64,000 nt of DNA from Candidatus Bathyarchaeota archaeon (GCA_963815095.1 CAWFFH010000004.1:160001-224000); one strand, 5' to 3'; counted from the first letter of the stretch, positions 41,521 through 51,295 are shown. Notes: generated by a model not told the origin, from the sequence alone. Made by a program: numbers and translations.

Positions 41521-41764
41521 AGACAAACCCATACAAAAAAACCCAGACACCTGCCCTGGACTCCGCGACCTCTTGCAGCCAAAACCAGCTTACATCAAAT
41601 GCCATGTATGTGGAGGCGACCTTGAAATCTGGACCGACGAAGACAAAACCACATGCCCCAGTTGCGGAGCTGAATGGAAACGCCCCGCCAGTAACGCTGC
41701 CTGCCTCGAATACTGCCAATACGCCGACAAATGCAGAGGCATCATTGAATCACGAAAAAAGTGA
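41510..41764 (+). CDS. Small Cys-rich zinc-ribbon protein
   Basis: CPG, CHVCG..EIWTDE..CPSCG, C..YC.YA..C. Confidence 0.8.
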   Translation: MSSKDKPIQKNPDTCPGLRDLLQPKPAYIKCHVCGGDLEIWTDEDKTTCPSCGAEWKRPASNAACLEYCQYADKCRGIIESRKK

Positions 41765-42124
41765 TAAAAACTGAGCTATCTTATTTTCTCTTAACATTTT
41801 TGGAAAGCTACAAACCCAAATTTATTTGATGTAAAAGGTTTCTCCAACAACATAAGTTGGTCCTTTTTCCAAAGTAACAGTATCCAGCGCTTTAGTAGGA
41901 TTATTGTTTTAAATGAGAAACCGCTATGCCCGAAAAACTTTCTCAAACAATTGGAATACTCATTCTTATAAAATTTTGAGCCTATGGTAAGCTGGACTGG
42001 GCTTATTCCAAATAGATCTGGTCTTAATATCTTGTTATTTTTTGGTGTTTTGTTGACTCAATTGTTACTCAAACAAAAGTTTACTTATTTTGGAAAAATC
42101 CCAATAGATCACGTGACATTAATT

Positions 42125-42529
42125 TTAGACTAAGGTGCTTTCTTCCTCTTGCTTAATTGACTCTTTGAGTTCGCTTATGCGTTCAGTAACAAGCTTCAAT
42201 AGTTCCTCTCTAAGTTGCTCCCAATGCAGACCACTCTTTATCAGGCACATTCTGTTGCCTAGGACTTCATCTCCAAGAGTCTTAGTTATCCAAAACTGGA
42301 AGTCTCCTCGTGGATAATGAAACTCAACAGAAACAACATCAACGACATCCAATTTCTCAGCAAAATCCGTCAAACTTGCAGCAAACACATTTGTGTACAC
42401 CCCTACGTTGGTGCAGAATTGAAAGCTGTTTTCATAAGGCACTGTGCGCAGAATTTTTGAGACATCAACGCTTTCTAAAACCCGACTCATGACATTTATC
42501 GCCCAAATACTACAATCATCAAAAGCCAT
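42125..42529 (-). CDS. DUF5752-like protein
   Basis: F.F....G......A.SL..F...L......S..FH..RGDF..WI...LGD..L. Confidence 0.7.
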   Translation of the reverse strand: MAFDDCSIWAINVMSRVLESVDVSKILRTVPYENSFQFCTNVGVYTNVFAASLTDFAEKLDVVDVVSVEFHYPRGDFQFWITKTLGDEVLGNRMCLIKSGLHWEQLREELLKLVTERISELKESIKQEEESTLV

Positions 42530-42733
42530 AAACTTTTGTTACAGTATTATATCAGTCACATTGTCTTATATTCGATCTAATTTTTTCTATCGTATTTGTT
42601 TGTTTCATCCCTCAAATGACATAACAATTTGTTTGAAAAAATATTCTCCTAGGAACGGAAGTGTCAGTGCTTTTCAGCGGTCTTGCCTATTCTGCATTGA
42701 AGTAATTGAAGCAAAGAATACTGTGCAAAAGCC

Positions 42734-43894
42734 CTAAATTTGATGGATTTTTCCCTTGAAGCCGTTTGCAGTCCTATGAACTAAAAGTGGACTAAACTCC
42801 ATATGGGTAAGCCATCGATACCACGCTATTTCTCGCCCCGAGGAAGAAACGAATCTGTTCGCGATATGTCTAGCCTGCGCTTGGCGGTTAGCAATTTCTG
42901 GCTTCAAAATGGATTCGTAAAGTTCAAGACTTTCTTGTATATCGCTGCTCTTTTTCAATTGATTAGCAAGAATAAAGGCTTCTAGCATTGCCATTGAGGC
43001 CCCTTGTCCGGCAAGAGGGCTCAGACATGCGCATGCATCGCCAATAAGGGCCACTCGTTTTTTGGTCCACTTTGGCATTTGAATTTGTTTCATTATATCA
43101 AAAAAACCTATGCTTTCGTTAGCTGTGCTTTGAATTACTTCTTGGTTTATCCATTTTGAGCTGACGTAAGTGTCTAATAAAATACTTTTGTAGTCTTCTT
43201 TGGGAACCCTCTCAATTTTGTTGTAGGGGAACAGAAAAACGCAGTCCATTGTCTTTTCGGAAACGGGATAATAAATCGCTGAGCGGTTGGGTTCCTGATA
43301 GATCTTTATACTGTTGCCAATTTCATGTCGATATGTAGTTTGAAATGCAGCCACACCATAACCTAAATAGTGGCTGAATTGATGTTCCTCGCCAAAAACT
43401 ATTTTTCTGACACCCGAATGAATGCCATCTGCACCTACAACCAGATCGTACGAGTTTACATCGCCATTTTGAAATGAAACACTTACAGAAGCGGGTGTTT
43501 CATTGATCTCAGCAACTTGTGTTTGGTATCTAACATTAACTGCGAGTTCATTTGAGCGTTCAAGCAGAACATGTTCGAGGTCAGGTCTTCTAAGGTAAGT
43601 ATATTCGTGTTCAAAACCTTTTTTGACAACTTCAAGTTTCACATTGAAGTATGATTTTCCTGAGCTGTCAACATATTGAACTTCTTGAGCAGGGTATCGA
43701 ACTTCTTTGAGCACATTCAAAATTTTCATTTTTTCGGCAACTTTCCAGCCATTTCCAAAAAAAGTGATCATATAACCGCTTTTACGTTCGCCCTCTGACT
43801 TCTCAACAACATCTACGTGCCAACCAGAATCCGCAAGACAACAAGCTAAGGTTAAACCCGCTATACCCGCGCCAGAAATCAAAACCCGTTTCAT
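42734..43894 (-). CDS. FAD-dependent monooxygenase (UbiH/FAD_binding_3 family)
   Basis: GAGIAG, VVGADGIHS.VR, LIGDA....PLAGQGAS.A. Confidence 0.92.
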   Translation of the reverse strand: MKRVLISGAGIAGLTLACCLADSGWHVDVVEKSEGERKSGYMITFFGNGWKVAEKMKILNVLKEVRYPAQEVQYVDSSGKSYFNVKLEVVKKGFEHEYTYLRRPDLEHVLLERSNELAVNVRYQTQVAEINETPASVSVSFQNGDVNSYDLVVGADGIHSGVRKIVFGEEHQFSHYLGYGVAAFQTTYRHEIGNSIKIYQEPNRSAIYYPVSEKTMDCVFLFPYNKIERVPKEDYKSILLDTYVSSKWINQEVIQSTANESIGFFDIMKQIQMPKWTKKRVALIGDACACLSPLAGQGASMAMLEAFILANQLKKSSDIQESLELYESILKPEIANRQAQARHIANRFVSSSGREIAWYRWLTHMEFSPLLVHRTANGFKGKIHQI

Positions 43895-44025
43895 GGTTAA
43901 TGCTTAATTTAACCATCATATAAAAGCGAATTTATGAAAAGTCTTTGTTAAAAGTTGTCTTAGAATTACTTGTATCTGAAAGTCACAAAACATAAAAACA
44001 TCTTTCATTAAGAAAGCCTCTATAG

Positions 44026-44370
44026 GTGGCCAAAATGAACTTCTGTCCACAATGCGGTGCGTTGCTCCAAGTAGTCAAGAAGGGAACTCCTTTACTTAGG
44101 TGTACTAAATGTAAATACCAAAAACCTCTAGACAAGGAAAAAACAAAACAAAAAATGAACATCCACTGTGGGAAATCAGCGGAAATCGCGGTTATCGACA
44201 AAAAAGCCGCATTGTTAAGACAACTTCCAGTAATTAACGTGGTCTGTCAAACATGCGGCCATACCAAAAGTGAAACTTGGAACGTGGAAGTAGCAGACGA
44301 AACAATCCATTCAACGGTTACCTTCTTTAGATGCACAAAATGTGGAACCACAAAAAGAGAAACCGGATGA
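44026..44370 (+). CDS. Transcription factor S / RpoM-like paralogue
   Basis: FCPQCG..CTKC and CQTCG..ADE..FFRCTKCG Zn ribbons. Confidence 0.85.
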   Translation: MAKMNFCPQCGALLQVVKKGTPLLRCTKCKYQKPLDKEKTKQKMNIHCGKSAEIAVIDKKAALLRQLPVINVVCQTCGHTKSETWNVEVADETIHSTVTFFRCTKCGTTKRETG

Positions 44371-45091
44371 CACAAATATTAAACTTGGAAGAACAACAGT
44401 AAACCATTTTGCGACGTTCTTGTTCTTTCACCTCTAACTATCTTTCAAGAGAAGAAGAAGGTTGGTGCAGGGCGCTTCTTCTTCTATCAATAGAAAGTTG
44501 CTGTTCATTACTCTAAGATGCCATCATATGGTTTTGTAAGATTCAGGTTTGTTGATCACTCAGTTAGAATTCGTCAATAAAATTTTGAAAGTATGGGGTA
44601 AGAATTTTTTCTGTATAGACGATCTTTGCAGTCTAGGTTTATTTCTGGTTGTTGCAACCGTTGTGCAGAATTTAGTTGCAGCAACAACAACAACGTCTCT
44701 TGCACCAAGAGGCTCAGACTAATGCTTTAATTTGGGTTAGTTTTGATAGATGATGCTGCTGTTGTGCAAAATCGTTGTCATATCATCATCATTATCATCA
44801 TCTTCTCTAGCTCCTGATATCAATAATTAACTGTTAACTCTGAGTTCTAGAAGTCTTTGAAAGAAGAAGGAGACTTTCCGTAATAACAGCCGTTCTTCTT
44901 CTAGCAAATAGTGGGCATGAAATAGAAGAGCCCCTAATCATTTTGTCGCCCTACGAATTCATCAGAGAGCGAATGTCTGAAACAAAAATAATGTTAGATT
45001 GTATTCGTACTAAATATTTTAGTAAAACTTTTAAGCATCTGTATATATCAAGACATACTATACAATACAAAAATAAGGAAGTGACAAGATC

Positions 45092-45214
45092 ATGGATCGA
45101 GCTTATACAATACCATGCCAGAAAACAAACTTTAGCAGCTGTGAAGGATGCCCAAAAGAAGACTGCCACGCAAAGCATTATCTAAGCATGGAACCTCAAC
45201 AAATTCACGCTTAA
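45092..45214 (+). CDS. 40-aa Cys/His microprotein (MDRAYTIPCQKTNFSSCEGCPKEDCHAKHY...)
   Basis: ATG behind AAGGAAGTGA with upstream TATATA; C-x7-CxxC-x4-CH. Confidence 0.5.
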   Translation: MDRAYTIPCQKTNFSSCEGCPKEDCHAKHYLSMEPQQIHA

Positions 45215-45501
45215 ATCAAAAAAAGATTAATTGAATTCCAAAATAACCCAAAGAAATTATGGCTTTTAATGCTTTAACTTAAAGTCATATGATCTTATTT
45301 TTTTCTTGACTCAATTTTAGATTACGGAAGTAATTCGTTGATAAGTTTAGCAGCTAATTTTGGGATAAGGGTTCTCTCTTCCAATTTTTCTTTATCAAGT
45401 TTAGCTCAAAGCAAAATCCCGCTCAAATCTAATTTTTCTATTAAAAATAGAGCAAAGACACAAAGTAAGTGAAAATTTAGAATAAGTGACTCCTTTTGCG
45501 A

Positions 45502-46152
45502 CTACAAGCATTTAAGGTAATTAATCAGTTGTTGAAATTCTCCGGTCTTTTTCATCTGTTTCTTCTGAAGCATTTCTACTATGTTGGACTTGATGTAGAG
45601 TCCACCGGGAGGATACAGCTGACGGGCAACTAAGGTAAAGACTTTGCAATTTTTTTTTCCTATTACTTCTTCTTTAAATCGCCATTTGAAAGGGGTACGA
45701 GGTGGAAGCAACGTTTCAGAAAGAACGATAACAGCAAAATTCTTCACGTAGGCAGTTGCTTCAATTTCATTGAACTTAAGACGAAGTACTTTGTTTGGGT
45801 CTTCTCGCTTTCCGTTTTCCAAAGTTTTGCCCGCGACGGCGTTGTTTTTAATCTCAATTACCATCTTCACATTGTCAGAAGTGAAAGTTTTTTGGTTTGG
45901 GTCAACACCGTCTTTTAAAACAAGAAGGTCATTTTTGATTTTAGATCCCTGAATCGTGACGTCAGGAATCAACGAAAGGTTGAGATTTCTTTTAATGAGG
46001 TGATTGCGAATGATTATTTCCGTTGGATTTCCGGATTTCTCACGGGCTGTTTTGTCGATTTTTTGTTTCTCAAATTCTTCACAGACCTCGATTAACATTA
46101 CATATTCTTCTTCGCTCTCTGCTAAGAGTGGGTTCGTGGAATAATTGGGCAT
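45502..46152 (-). CDS. Putative PD-(D/E)xK restriction-endonuclease-like protein
   Basis: E..IR..L helix, NDLLV..VIEIK. Confidence 0.55.
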   Translation of the reverse strand: MPNYSTNPLLAESEEEYVMLIEVCEEFEKQKIDKTAREKSGNPTEIIIRNHLIKRNLNLSLIPDVTIQGSKIKNDLLVLKDGVDPNQKTFTSDNVKMVIEIKNNAVAGKTLENGKREDPNKVLRLKFNEIEATAYVKNFAVIVLSETLLPPRTPFKWRFKEEVIGKKNCKVFTLVARQLYPPGGLYIKSNIVEMLQKKQMKKTGEFQQLINYLKCL

Positions 46153-46521
46153 GAATAGAATATTGTGTCTGTAACCTAAAAAACTAATGACCCTCTTCTT
46201 TGCAAATTTCACAATAACGATTCTGGAAGTTTTCCTACTAGCTAAAGGCAAAAAGGGATAAGCATGTAAACACATTTGTTAGTGAAGGAGGGAATAAAAA
46301 TAAAAAGCAAGACTAAAAACAAGCCGAAAAACGAAAAGGTAACAAACCAAACTAAAAACAAAGGCAAGAAGGAATGGAAGCAGAGATAAAAAATTGGCAA
46401 TGTTACCCCTAATCTTTAGGGGATTTGAACCGTGTGGGTTCAAGCCACAATTTTTAAAGAGTAAGAAATTGTCAATAAGAAATTATAGAATTTTGTATTT
46501 TTCTAAAACTTGAATATGATG

Positions 46522-46599
46522 TGGTGGACCGGGCCGGATTCGGACCGGCGACCTTCTGCACGTCAAGCAGATGTCCTAACCAGGCTAGACGACCGGTCC
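46522..46599 (-). tRNA. tRNA-Val(GAC), CCA encoded
   Basis: GGACCGG acceptor stem, TCTGC-TTGACGT-GCAGA anticodon arm, GCCGG-TCCGAAT-CCGGC T arm, ACCA end. Confidence 0.95.
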
Positions 46600-46721
46600 A
46601 CACATTTGCATTGCATTATTTGATTTTCCAGCTGGTATTAAACCATTTCCTAACTGCTTGCTTATTATGACAGCAGTTTTAAGGCGCCTCTCACATATTG
46701 CATGGGATTGGGTAAGAGGCT

Positions 46722-47972
46722 ATGGCTGCAACGGACGAAGTGCTTGCGTTACTAGTAGAATTCATAAACAAAAACAGTAATGTTGTTGACGCCCAATGGG
46801 ATCGACGCATGAGCCCACGGCTACTCTTTAATCCATATTCGGAAAAGTTCGAAGAAAGAAAAATGGCCGCCCATTACTTCCTGCTTGCATCTTCAATCCT
46901 CGACGACACAATTGTTGGGTACCCAGAAAACGCACGTATGCTCCTAGTTTACTTGCATGAAGCGTTTGGTAGCACGTTCTTCGAAATCAAAAAGGCTCAT
47001 CTTTTCGAAGAAGAAATTGTAAAAGCCGACTTTTACCACGACCTTGGTCCCAACAAAAAAGCTGCCTCAGAAATCTTGGCCCAAATCAATCTGTTCGTTA
47101 AAGAAAAAGCAGAAAGAAACCTCCTAAAATACGCTCAAGAATTCACTAAACCCAAAGACTTCATCGAAAACATAGCACATAACATTACTGCCCTTAGCGG
47201 ACCCCACAAGGACCGTGCATGGATTTACATGCGATGGATGGTTCGTCCCCAACCTGACCTCCAAATCTACGACCATCTGCTGCCCGAAGACCTCTATGTA
47301 CCCCTAACAAAGGAGAACGCTAACGTCGCCGCAAGTTTAGGTTTGATAAATTCGGCTTCGCCCTCACTTTGGAGGGACGAAAAAACCGCTGCTGAAGCCC
47401 GCCAAAAGCTAACTGGTTTTGCTAAGCGCCTTTTCCCTCAGGATCCTGCTAAGGTTGATTACCCCTTTTTCCTGTTGGGAAAATGGCTTAAACAAAAAAC
47501 CCTCAACCGATACACCCTCAAAACCGCCCTCGATTTCCTTGAGCGGATGCAAAAAATTACCGGTCAATCCCAAGCGGACTATCATAAGATGAGCCGCTAC
47601 AAAAGCGGATGGGAAAAGAAAACCGCTCTTACTCTTTTGCGGATGCACATTCCTTACGGTTACGAAACGATCAGTTTTCCTTTGCCTGATGAAGTTTATA
47701 CCCCTGACTTTATTTTAGAAAAGACGGTTAATGGACGAAAGATAGTTCTTGAACCCCACTTTGAAATGACTAAAAAACAAGCACGCAAGTACTCGCTCTT
47801 CAAAAGAACTTACGGGCATAAATTCCTCCTGATCCTTATTTTGAAAAACGATTTAATACCTCTCTACCATCAACGCAAAATCTTAACCGACGACGTCTGT
47901 GATGATTTTTGGCCGATTGAGTTTATTCATTTGTTGGCGGAGAAGATTAGACGTGGAACCTACGGGCAATAA
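46722..47972 (+). CDS. DUF2400/TIGR02757-like (HhH-GPD-related) domain fused to T7 endonuclease I-like nuclease
   Basis: YMRWMVR..DL..L.VPL..A..LGL..P.DPAK.DY.FF.LG; then YKSGWE..L....Y.YE..YTPDFIL..LE. Confidence 0.75.
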   Translation: MAATDEVLALLVEFINKNSNVVDAQWDRRMSPRLLFNPYSEKFEERKMAAHYFLLASSILDDTIVGYPENARMLLVYLHEAFGSTFFEIKKAHLFEEEIVKADFYHDLGPNKKAASEILAQINLFVKEKAERNLLKYAQEFTKPKDFIENIAHNITALSGPHKDRAWIYMRWMVRPQPDLQIYDHLLPEDLYVPLTKENANVAASLGLINSASPSLWRDEKTAAEARQKLTGFAKRLFPQDPAKVDYPFFLLGKWLKQKTLNRYTLKTALDFLERMQKITGQSQADYHKMSRYKSGWEKKTALTLLRMHIPYGYETISFPLPDEVYTPDFILEKTVNGRKIVLEPHFEMTKKQARKYSLFKRTYGHKFLLILILKNDLIPLYHQRKILTDDVCDDFWPIEFIHLLAEKIRRGTYGQ

Positions 47973-48011
47973 ATTTGTTAATTAAGTTGCAAACCCTCTT
48001 AGAAGTGATTT

Positions 48012-48383
48012 GTGATGGCGCAGGACAACTTTAAACCCTATGTGGTTTGGCTTATTCTAAGTGGTAAACCCGAACAAGCCATAGATTTGTTAGCGAAAAA
48101 CTACAAGGTAACCGTTCCTGACCTAAAAGTTGGGTTGCCTAAAGGACACAAAATAACTGCATACGGCTGCTACATTTCAAAAAACCAGACTATCACTGTC
48201 CAAAACAGCGACGTGTTAATCAACCCATTTGTAATCCTTCATGAATTCTATCATCATTTACGAAGTAAATCTGTGGATAGACTGCATAAAGGCACCGAGC
48301 GAGGTGCTGACAAATTCGCTTTAGATTTCATCATGGAATATCAATTAGCCGCCGCCAAAAAAGCCTTGGATCACATTCAATAA
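48012..48383 (+). CDS. Small HExxH protein (zincin-like)
   Basis: GCY..I..VILHEFYHHL..E..ADKFA. Confidence 0.7.
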   Translation: MMAQDNFKPYVVWLILSGKPEQAIDLLAKNYKVTVPDLKVGLPKGHKITAYGCYISKNQTITVQNSDVLINPFVILHEFYHHLRSKSVDRLHKGTERGADKFALDFIMEYQLAAAKKALDHIQ

Positions 48384-48814
48384 AAATCTTCATCATCTTT
48401 GCATTTGATGGGCTCAGTTATTTCTATAGGTAACCTGTCGCCGTTTGAATCGTAAGCTGCAATGCAGCCTTTCCCCTCATAAGGAGGACCCACAATCAAT
48501 AAGACTCGCCCAAAAAAGTAGTTCAAATCTACGTGACTTGGCGAAATGTTGCCAGACGGATGGGAATGCACTGTTCCAACCAACGTATAATCACCCGAAA
48601 ACATGTAAGGGTTAAAATGGACAGCGCTTTCTTCGTGATTGGCAAATGGCGCTAAAACTAAATCGGTGATGCTAATGATGCATTTCTTTTTTTTGCCTCG
48701 CAGCAGCAAGAAACTTTCGCGTGGATAGAGTTCCTTGGCGCCTGCGTAGACAGCGTCTAATATGTTGCTCGGAATATGTATAGTTACTTCTGCGTTCATG
48801 CAATCAACGGTCAT
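48377..48814 (-). CDS. JAMM/MPN+ (Mov34) metalloprotease
   Basis: YPRE..HSHP....SPS..D. Confidence 0.9.
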   Translation of the reverse strand: MTVDCMNAEVTIHIPSNILDAVYAGAKELYPRESFLLLRGKKKKCIISITDLVLAPFANHEESAVHFNPYMFSGDYTLVGTVHSHPSGNISPSHVDLNYFFGRVLLIVGPPYEGKGCIAAYDSNGDRLPIEITEPIKCKDDEDFY

Positions 48815-49054
48815 GTTTGAGAGTTAAGTACTTTATCATTATCACCCTTCTGCATCTCCCGCATAATATCCCCTTTTCTTTTTTTTCTAATAACAATAAG
48901 GAGGACTTTCTGTGAAGCAGAAAGAAATTGAGGCTGCCTCCATAACGATGCAAATTTTCCTTACAGGCATGGCTCTCAATTTTAACGCTACCTATCATGA
49001 ACTTGAAGAAATCACTAAAAGAGCTTTACTTGAAATCCAAACGGAGGCCTAATA

Positions 49055-49342
49055 ATGGCTGAAGAATTTCCTCTCTTTAATTTTTGTTCAAACAGACAAA
49101 ATGATGGGTTGCCATTTTGGAAACCTAAAGAAAATACGACAGAAAGAAAGGCAAATGATTTTGTGAGTACTTCTTTAACGGCTGGTTGCTGTGAGTTTAT
49201 CGGTGAATTAATAACAACTGGCAGTGATGGCAGATATTGTTCTGATGGCACTTTCTGTCCAGCAAGAATCTATACTGACGCCAAAGTTTTCGAAGATTGC
49301 CCAACCCGAAAAGATAAACTGAAAACAAAACAGGGAACTTAG
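49055..49342 (+). CDS. Small Cys-rich hypothetical protein
   Basis: GGAGG RBS, six Cys. Confidence 0.55.
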   Translation: MAEEFPLFNFCSNRQNDGLPFWKPKENTTERKANDFVSTSLTAGCCEFIGELITTGSDGRYCSDGTFCPARIYTDAKVFEDCPTRKDKLKTKQGT

Positions 49343-49355
49343 GAGATCATGTTTT

Positions 49356-50380
49356 TTGGCTGCCTCACCTGATAACAACGCAAACACCTCTAGCAACACC
49401 AGTTTAAACAGTTTAGCGGATAAGCACTGGGGCATCGAAGCGCGGGTCTTTCATGCTATTGATGAATCAGAAATTGAGCTACGACCCATAGAGATTGCCC
49501 GCAAAATCCATGCGCCACACAAACCAACACGTGCCCAATGCACAACGGTTCGTGTGGTCCTAAGAAAACTCTTAGCGAAAGGGCTTAATCCTGCAGCCCT
49601 ATGTTGGAAGTTACTGCAACAAAATCACCTACGGGCTGCGGTTCGTACCACTATGCGTACACAACATAAGCTTACGCAGCTTTGTTTGTCAGGATGTGAA
49701 GTCTTGGGAAAAAGACGAGTTTGTGGGCGGCGTGAAGATTCATGTTTGCTTTGGAGCTGAGAGGCGTAAGATTTCTGGGTATATCGCTTGTGACGTTGGC
49801 GGTATGAGTCATGATGCTTGTCTATTGGCGCTTAACCGTTGGTTTGATATTGTCCAGGATCATCTTGGGCTGGCAACTAAACGACTTGCAGATTTTAACT
49901 TTTGAATGCAACAAAGACTACCACGGCGTACGCATCGATGGCGTTCAATGTGTAACTAAAACGGATCTCTTTGGAATGGTTGAGCGGGTGTACCAGAAAG
50001 AAGAGAACTTGGTTCGCAAAGAACGCAAGACTGTTCGCCCGGTGAGCGTGAATAAGTTTGAAGAGGCCATCGCAATGGGTTTTGCTGGCGTTGACAAGAC
50101 TCAGGAGCATTTTGAGTTAAAGGAAGAAGTTAAGCGAGTTAGTGAAGCTTTGAAGTTTAATAATTCTCGATCGCTGTCGATGGAGCGTTTGCTCGAGGCA
50201 ATTTACAAAAGCAAGGTCGCTGACGTCGAGAAAGTGAAAGGTCTTGAGGGTGAAGTTGCAGCCCTTAGAAGCGACATAGGCAAGCTGACTGCGGCGTTAA
50301 CTCAGGTTTTCAATTTTGAAGGTGAGCCCGATCGGGATCAAGCGGATGCGGGTGCGGGAGGTAAAGAGTATGTCTCTTAA
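49356..50380 (+). CDS. wHTH + putative replication-initiator-like domain + coiled coil (two frameshifts, about 49583 and 49869)
   Basis: Joins ORFs 49356-49760, 49696-49905 and 49811-50380 into one coherent protein. Confidence 0.55.
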
Positions 50381-50646
50381 GGTTACTGCGAACATTCATG
50401 CGGTGCAGTTAGAGCTGCTGGTGGGGCGAGTAATGCTAAGCCTACATTCTAGCCTTTGCATTGGGCTGTGTCCAGAGCTTCTGTACAACCGTCATAGTGT
50501 TCGCAGTAACTGGTTTTTGGAAGTTAAAAGGTGTTCAAAGGCACTTTTGGCACCTATTGGAAGGTATGGTAAAAGTCCATGCTTTTCAGAAGTTGCTTTT
50601 CTAAGGTTGCTTGGTCCTGATTACCCATTGTTAGTTTTACCATCTG

Positions 50647-51168
50647 TTGATGGACGAAAAAACATGGAGTGTGCACTCTGAAATGGAAGAAACGAAAAAC
50701 CCTGTTCAAAACCAGAAAAAGAGGCGAACTCAAAGTGATAAGATAGGCCGTTTGAAGTATAACCAGCAGCTCCTCAAACAGACTTTAGCCGAAGTTGAAG
50801 AGGTCAAGCTTATGCTTCGTACGATTTTTGCTGGTTTGAAGGGGTCTTTCAATTTTGAGCAATCCCTCATTGAGCGTGTTGCTTGCGTAGATGAGGTAGA
50901 TCGGGAGATTCTTCATGCTCTTTTTGAGGCTGGTTCTTCTGGGTTACTGCCTAAGGATTTGGCTGCTAAGCTTGAAAGATTTAAGGTTAACAGGCATAAG
51001 GTAAGCAGGAGACTTCTAAGAATGAATAAGCATCTGGAAGAAGAGTTTGGTGAAAATGTAGTAGAAAAACGAGGGTGGCATTGGGCGCTTACAAGCTTTG
51101 CTTCTGAAGCCTGGGGCAAAAGCAAAAGAGAAGTTGAAGAAGACCTAACTAAGTGTTGGAATGAATAA
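50647..51168 (+). CDS. Coiled-coil + winged-helix DNA-binding protein
   Basis: DEVDREIL..L..G..G.LPKDLA..VSRRL..VEKRGWHWALT. Confidence 0.7.
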   Translation: MMDEKTWSVHSEMEETKNPVQNQKKRRTQSDKIGRLKYNQQLLKQTLAEVEEVKLMLRTIFAGLKGSFNFEQSLIERVACVDEVDREILHALFEAGSSGLLPKDLAAKLERFKVNRHKVSRRLLRMNKHLEEEFGENVVEKRGWHWALTSFASEAWGKSKREVEEDLTKCWNE

Positions 51169-51295
51169 TCAAGATAGAATATTCCTTTTTGCATTAATAT
51201 CTATTTTTTTTCTGTGCAGTTGGTCACGTTTACTCCGAAATAACTTTAAACCATACTTGTATTAAATAACCAAAGATTTACTCAATTTATTTGCT

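Noticed and set aside
48012-48814. HExxH + JAB pair as a CBASS/Bil-type defence module
   Set aside because: Genes are convergent, no E1/E2, ubiquitin-like or cyclase gene is nearby, and the JAMM looks like the housekeeping archaeal type
50371-50681. ORF bridging the Rep-like and wHTH genes
   Set aside because: No recognisable motif and overlaps both neighbours; coding status unsupported
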